Below, piece after piece: positions 59,625-64,000 of a DNA stretch of 64,000 nt. Source of the DNA: an uncultured Alphaproteobacteria bacterium (lineage in GTDB: Bacteria > Pseudomonadota > Alphaproteobacteria > RF32 > CAG-239); NCBI GenBank assembly GCA_944391435.1, contig CALXTP010000004.1:2303-66302 (forward strand), written 5' to 3'. Positions within the stretch are counted from its first letter, which is position 1, and each line of letters opens with the position of its first letter. The position numbers and the translations under genes were made by a program. The notes below the pieces were generated by a model that was given only the letters and a program-made list of their open reading frames with translations, was not told the DNA's origin and did no database searches.

Positions 59625-61139
59625 ATGAAAACATACACCATGGATCAACTTGTAACTTTTAATTCGGAACAAATTGACCAAATCCAAAAATCCATTGACA
59701 ACGACGCCCTCGCCTATTTGGAAGAACAAAACGCCGGCCTTTCTTTTTTAAGTGCAAAAGACCGTATGTATCTGGAAGAATACTACACCGACACGATGGA
59801 AAAATACCGCCTGCTGTATGAGGCTATCGTTTCCGGATTTTCCACCACCCATAATGCCGGCTTTCCGGAAAATATATACAATATCAATTTAAAAGACGGC
59901 AGCATAGAAACAGACCGCAACGGGCGGCACATCAGCTATTCAACCGAAATTCTGGCGCCTTGCACCACAGCCATGCTCCATTACATCAACAGTGAATGCA
60001 ACAACGTTTTCGTCATTATTCCCCCGATAAAAGGCATAGAACGCACCATAGAAAAATTAATGACGGAATGCCATCGCGAATATAATGACGAACGCAAACA
60101 AAAACTGCAAAAATTTGAACAGGATTCGTTTGAAGACGAACCGGAACTCCCTTTCCCGCTAACCCCAAGAGCCAGACAAACCTGCGCCACGGCCGTCGCC
60201 TTAAACGCCCGCAAAAACGAACTCGCCACAGATAATATTCTGCTAGATATTGCCCGGACAGAAATATTGCCGCGTGACATTTACCGCCTGTCCATTACAT
60301 CAAAATATCCCGGAGATTTAGAAGAACTCATCCGCGAGTTGGAACAAAAATTCCCTCCTTATATCAGATTTGAAAAAGGCGAACGCAACCTCTACAAAAA
60401 GAACTTAAGTGAAAATACCCGCAACTATTTTGACATAAAAAAGATTGCCCGCATCACCATTCCAAACAGCGACCGCACTTTCTGCATTGAATTTCAATTT
60501 AAGCAAACCAATATGTTCTTTGCCCATATCCGTTCGCACAGTGCCTATGAAGAATTTCGGATTCTGGAAGCTAAATATTTGGCACTAAAAGAGGCAGAAA
60601 ACAAAAATAAAACCCAAAGCGGCAAACAAAAGCTGCAGCAGCTGAAAAAACAATGTGAAGAAAAGAAAGAACTTTGTTTAAAAATCCACCGCAACGCCGT
60701 CCACCAAAGCAATCTGTATTTAATGCACAAACTGCTCTGGCTGGACGACAACGCACACGGTTTGCGCCGCCATCCCGAATACCCGGACGGAAAGTTTAAA
60801 CACTCCATAGAAATCCTAAAGAAAAACTACATTATTGAAAGCTACGAGCCATTTGACGGTGCGACGGCCTTTGCCACTTCGCCCGACGAATACCTCAACA
60901 AATCCTACTATCTGAAAATGATAGGGCTGTTACCGGAAAGCTTTGACGAACTCGGCAAAAACGCTAAAGAACACATCAACAAAACCTGGAATTCGCTAAC
61001 CCCTGCCGACATCAAAGATTTCTCGCGCATTACCGGTACGGCGCTCAAATACCAGGATATCGTCCGCGACATTCAAAAACAGCGCCGCATGATGGATCCG
61101 GCAGCATTGCTGACCGTTTTTGCCCAAAATGAACGTTGA
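59625..61139 (+). CDS. Hypothetical protein with no recognised domain
   Basis: 504-aa ORF with a GGAG RBS. The K/E-rich middle may be coiled-coil. Confidence 0.45.
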   Translation: MKTYTMDQLVTFNSEQIDQIQKSIDNDALAYLEEQNAGLSFLSAKDRMYLEEYYTDTMEKYRLLYEAIVSGFSTTHNAGFPENIYNINLKDGSIETDRNGRHISYSTEILAPCTTAMLHYINSECNNVFVIIPPIKGIERTIEKLMTECHREYNDERKQKLQKFEQDSFEDEPELPFPLTPRARQTCATAVALNARKNELATDNILLDIARTEILPRDIYRLSITSKYPGDLEELIRELEQKFPPYIRFEKGERNLYKKNLSENTRNYFDIKKIARITIPNSDRTFCIEFQFKQTNMFFAHIRSHSAYEEFRILEAKYLALKEAENKNKTQSGKQKLQQLKKQCEEKKELCLKIHRNAVHQSNLYLMHKLLWLDDNAHGLRRHPEYPDGKFKHSIEILKKNYIIESYEPFDGATAFATSPDEYLNKSYYLKMIGLLPESFDELGKNAKEHINKTWNSLTPADIKDFSRITGTALKYQDIVRDIQKQRRMMDPAALLTVFAQNER

Positions 61140-61684
61140 GCACAAAATTTTCAATACTGTTTTTTTGGTTGACTGTTGCAATACAAGCGGTATATACTGC
61201 CGCTTGTATAAATATTTTTATGAACCGCTTAAATTTATGTATTATGGAAGAAAAAGTATCCGCTAATCAGCACACGGCGAGTTTCCCGTTAAAAATCTTA
61301 ATCCAAAAAGCAGACGGATCGTTTGTTCAATCCGAAACGCCGGTCAAAAACGGTATCTACCTTGGCTTCTGCATCAAAAACCGGGCATGGCTGTTAAGAA
61401 AAATGCCCACGGAAGCATGTCCGCCCGCAGTGTTTATCCAAGCGCTCGCTAACATGACTGGGTTGCCTTTATGCTATCCTGACGAAAAAGATTTTAACAA
61501 CCTTGCTTCTGCGTCAGGCGATGTAAAAAAAACCTTTGACCTGTTGCAAAAAATCCAAGGCACGGCTTCTCTTTGGCGCATCAGCAGTTACAATGCCGCC
61601 GAAAAAGAAACCCTGCAGCATTACTTGCAAAACGAGCAACACGGGTTCATCCGGCTGGCCATTAACTTGGATAAGATGTTCTAG
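61136..61684 (+). CDS. Hypothetical protein
   Basis: The ORF overlaps the upstream stop (TTGA). The true start may be the downstream ATG at about 61220-61244. Confidence 0.35.
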   Translation: MSTKFSILFFWLTVAIQAVYTAACINIFMNRLNLCIMEEKVSANQHTASFPLKILIQKADGSFVQSETPVKNGIYLGFCIKNRAWLLRKMPTEACPPAVFIQALANMTGLPLCYPDEKDFNNLASASGDVKKTFDLLQKIQGTASLWRISSYNAAEKETLQHYLQNEQHGFIRLAINLDKMF

Positions 61685-61713
61685 CTGCATCTTTTGTTTA
61701 TGCGGATAAGTTA

Positions 61714-61744
61714 AACGTTTTCCTTACAAGGAAAACGTTTTTTT
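61714..61744. terminator. Bidirectional Rho-independent terminator
   Basis: Hairpin aaacgttttcc-ttaca-aggaaaacgttt followed by T4 (an A-run on the other side). Confidence 0.6.
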
Positions 61745-61764
61745 ATGCTCATACAACAGCGCCT

Positions 61765-62979
61765 TTATCCCTTCAAAAAAGCACGGCCGCCATCCCGGCA
61801 CAACAAAGAAGATACGGCCAGGCAAACCAGACCGTTGCATATAAACACTTTATCCACCCCATAGATATCAGCCGGAATGCTGAAACAGGCAATTCCAAGC
61901 GGCAAAGCTGCCGCCGTAACAAACTGGACATAGCCAAACATCCGCCCGTACATTTCAGCCTCTGTCCGTTCCTGTACCAGGGTTGTAATCGGCGTATTGT
62001 AACAGGGAACGGATACGCCCGCCAAAAAGTTGATGCACAAATACGCCCCAAAAGCCGGAACTACACCCAATCCGGCCATAAAAAAGCCATAAAATGCCGC
62101 CGCGGCAAACATCAGATAAATTTTCGCCACCCTTTTCCCCAATCCTGCCGCCGCCATGCCTCCGATTACCATGCCCAGGCTGTACACTGCCTCTGCACCG
62201 CTGAGCAACCGCACATCGCCGCCAAACTTGGTAGTGACCAGCAGCGGATTAAGAAACGCCGACGGGCTTATAAGAAACAAAACAACAAACTGAAACAGCA
62301 GCAAACGACGCATAAAAATATCTTTCCGCAGAAAAGCATATCCATCTTTCATTTTTTGCCCAAAGCTCTTCATTCGGGAACTTTTCTGTTCCTCTTTCAC
62401 AACCGGCCGAACCTTTATAAACAGCAAAATTGCCACGCCGGCAACCGCCGTAACAATATCCGTCAGCAACACCGCCGTAAAAGACAGATAATTCAACAAC
62501 ACCCCGCCGGCCAATGGCGCCAACAACATCATGCCCGAATTAAGCGCTGCATTAATTCCGTTTACTTTCATAAGCTTATTTTTATCGGCAAGCTGCGGCA
62601 GCATAGCATTGACTGCCGGCATCTGTACACCGGTTGCCAGCGCCCGGATAACCAGTACGGCAAAAATAACCGGCATTGATTCCCGGCCGAGATAAAACTG
62701 CCAGGCCAACCCTGCCGTTGCCGCCGCCGTCAACATATCCGCCGCAACAATAACCTTTTTCCGTGAATATCGATCAATCCACACACCGGCAAAAACCGAC
62801 ACCGCCAATTGCGGCAAAAAGCCGGATATAGCAGAAACCGCCAACATTGTCGCCGATTCTGTAACCAGCGTCACATACCATACCACGGCAAACTGGACAA
62901 TCAGCGACCCGAACAGTGAAACCGTCTGCGCTCCCAAAAACCATATAACCGTATGTTTTTCAATTTGCCGCACCATCAC
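61765..62979 (-). CDS. MFS transporter
   Basis: 12 TM helices. The loop after TM2 reads GVWIDRYSRKK, an MFS motif-A-like sequence. Confidence 0.7.
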   Translation of the reverse strand: MMVRQIEKHTVIWFLGAQTVSLFGSLIVQFAVVWYVTLVTESATMLAVSAISGFLPQLAVSVFAGVWIDRYSRKKVIVAADMLTAAATAGLAWQFYLGRESMPVIFAVLVIRALATGVQMPAVNAMLPQLADKNKLMKVNGINAALNSGMMLLAPLAGGVLLNYLSFTAVLLTDIVTAVAGVAILLFIKVRPVVKEEQKSSRMKSFGQKMKDGYAFLRKDIFMRRLLLFQFVVLFLISPSAFLNPLLVTTKFGGDVRLLSGAEAVYSLGMVIGGMAAAGLGKRVAKIYLMFAAAAFYGFFMAGLGVVPAFGAYLCINFLAGVSVPCYNTPITTLVQERTEAEMYGRMFGYVQFVTAAALPLGIACFSIPADIYGVDKVFICNGLVCLAVSSLLCRDGGRAFLKG

Positions 62980-63003
62980 ATCAACACCATAAAAATATGC
63001 CGA

Positions 63004-63435
63004 TTACGGACGCGGTACCCCGTCCCAGTTTTTGCCGTTGACCAACAGATGTCGCACAAACGGCCGCTGCCCTTGGCGATACGAAAACACCATCTCTGCG
63101 ACATTATGGCTGTTTTGAATATCCTGTTCCAGCGCTTTGGCATATTTTTCCGGCACATAAAAGCGCCCGGTCTTCAGTGCTGAAAAATCAGCCTTGGGGC
63201 AGATATTATCCGCAAACTGCCCGCAATCCGTCGCTTCCCAATCCAATTCATAGCGTATATAATGCCCCGCCAGCAAATCCCTGGGATCATAGCCGCGCAA
63301 CCGTATTTTGACCGACACCCCCGCCGCACTCTGCCATACTAAATAGGCTATCAACCCCGCCATCAAAAACACCGGCAGCATAATCAAAACCGTATTCTTC
63401 AACTTTTCAGACATGTTTAATCCCCTTACATGCAA
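63004..63435 (-). CDS. Membrane-anchored hypothetical protein (possibly GDYXXLXY-family-like)
   Basis: One N-terminal TM helix. Contains the segment RGYDPRDLLAGHYIRYELDW. A weak call. Confidence 0.35.
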   Translation of the reverse strand: MHVRGLNMSEKLKNTVLIMLPVFLMAGLIAYLVWQSAAGVSVKIRLRGYDPRDLLAGHYIRYELDWEATDCGQFADNICPKADFSALKTGRFYVPEKYAKALEQDIQNSHNVAEMVFSYRQGQRPFVRHLLVNGKNWDGVPRP

Positions 63436-63985
63436 ATTGAACCGCCCTGGGTGCGCATCCGAGCAGCAACAATAGCACGCTGCCGCCGATAATCAGCCCG
63501 ACCCCGGTTTCAAACAATCCGAGCGTATTACCCAGGTTAATATACAGCATCATCACCAGCCACCCGGCAAATTTAACATTCCGTCGCAGCAATTGTCCGT
63601 TTTTATACCGCCAGAAAACAAAGGATAAAGCCAACAACAACACAACCGCCCGCCCCAGACGGCACAACCCGTCATAATTATCAAACCCAGCAACTAAAAT
63701 ATATAACGCCAGCGATAAATAAAAAACAAATACCGCCTCTTTTTTCAAGATTGTGCCAAACGCCGCACCACGGACACATCTCTCCAATCCATAGCCGATT
63801 CCGGCCAGCCCCAAAAATAACAACAATATAATCTCCGGCACCCAATGCCCAATTTGCGGATGTTCTGCCAGCCATCCGCTTAAATTATCTGCGGCATAAC
63901 AAAACGCCCACCCCAAAAATAACGGCACCCAGAAATAAGAAACCATTTTCTGTTTAGGCACAAACAACAGGGGCAACGTCATCAA
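63407..63985 (-). CDS. Hypothetical polytopic membrane protein
   Basis: 192-aa ORF with 5-6 hydrophobic helices. It overlaps the downstream gene by 29 nt. Confidence 0.4.
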   Translation of the reverse strand: MMTLPLLFVPKQKMVSYFWVPLFLGWAFCYAADNLSGWLAEHPQIGHWVPEIILLLFLGLAGIGYGLERCVRGAAFGTILKKEAVFVFYLSLALYILVAGFDNYDGLCRLGRAVVLLLALSFVFWRYKNGQLLRRNVKFAGWLVMMLYINLGNTLGLFETGVGLIIGGSVLLLLLGCAPRAVQFACKGIKHV

Positions 63986-64000
63986 CGCCCAAATCCCGAA

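Overview
This window reads as a 64-kb chromosomal segment of an alphaproteobacterium. The signs are a circularly permuted two-piece tmRNA with an ANDNFA... tag, a CcrM-like beta-class adenine methyltransferase, an EIIA(Man)-HPr regulatory PTS module, and ihfB followed by a LapA-like protein. Most of the window is housekeeping: accD, ihfB, tsaB, ftsH, folA, rnhB, prmA, pepP, rplQ, a U32 peptidase, ddl, miaA, mreBCD-mrdA-rodA, and glgB-glgX-malQ. The stretch at about 36.3-48.6 kb looks accessory. It holds three paralogous roughly 520-aa polytopic membrane proteins, two of them in an apparent operon with the glycogen genes. It also holds two membrane proteins carrying near-identical 45-bp Pro/Ala-coding tandem repeats, a yejE-yejF-like ABC transporter lacking its usual partners, tRNA-Arg(CCU), and ssrA directly followed by sspB and an RHH_4 protein. 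Further observations are a likely frameshifted gene at the window start, a DNA methyltransferase translationally coupled to ptsH, rplQ away from rpoA, and many lineage-specific hypothetical proteins.
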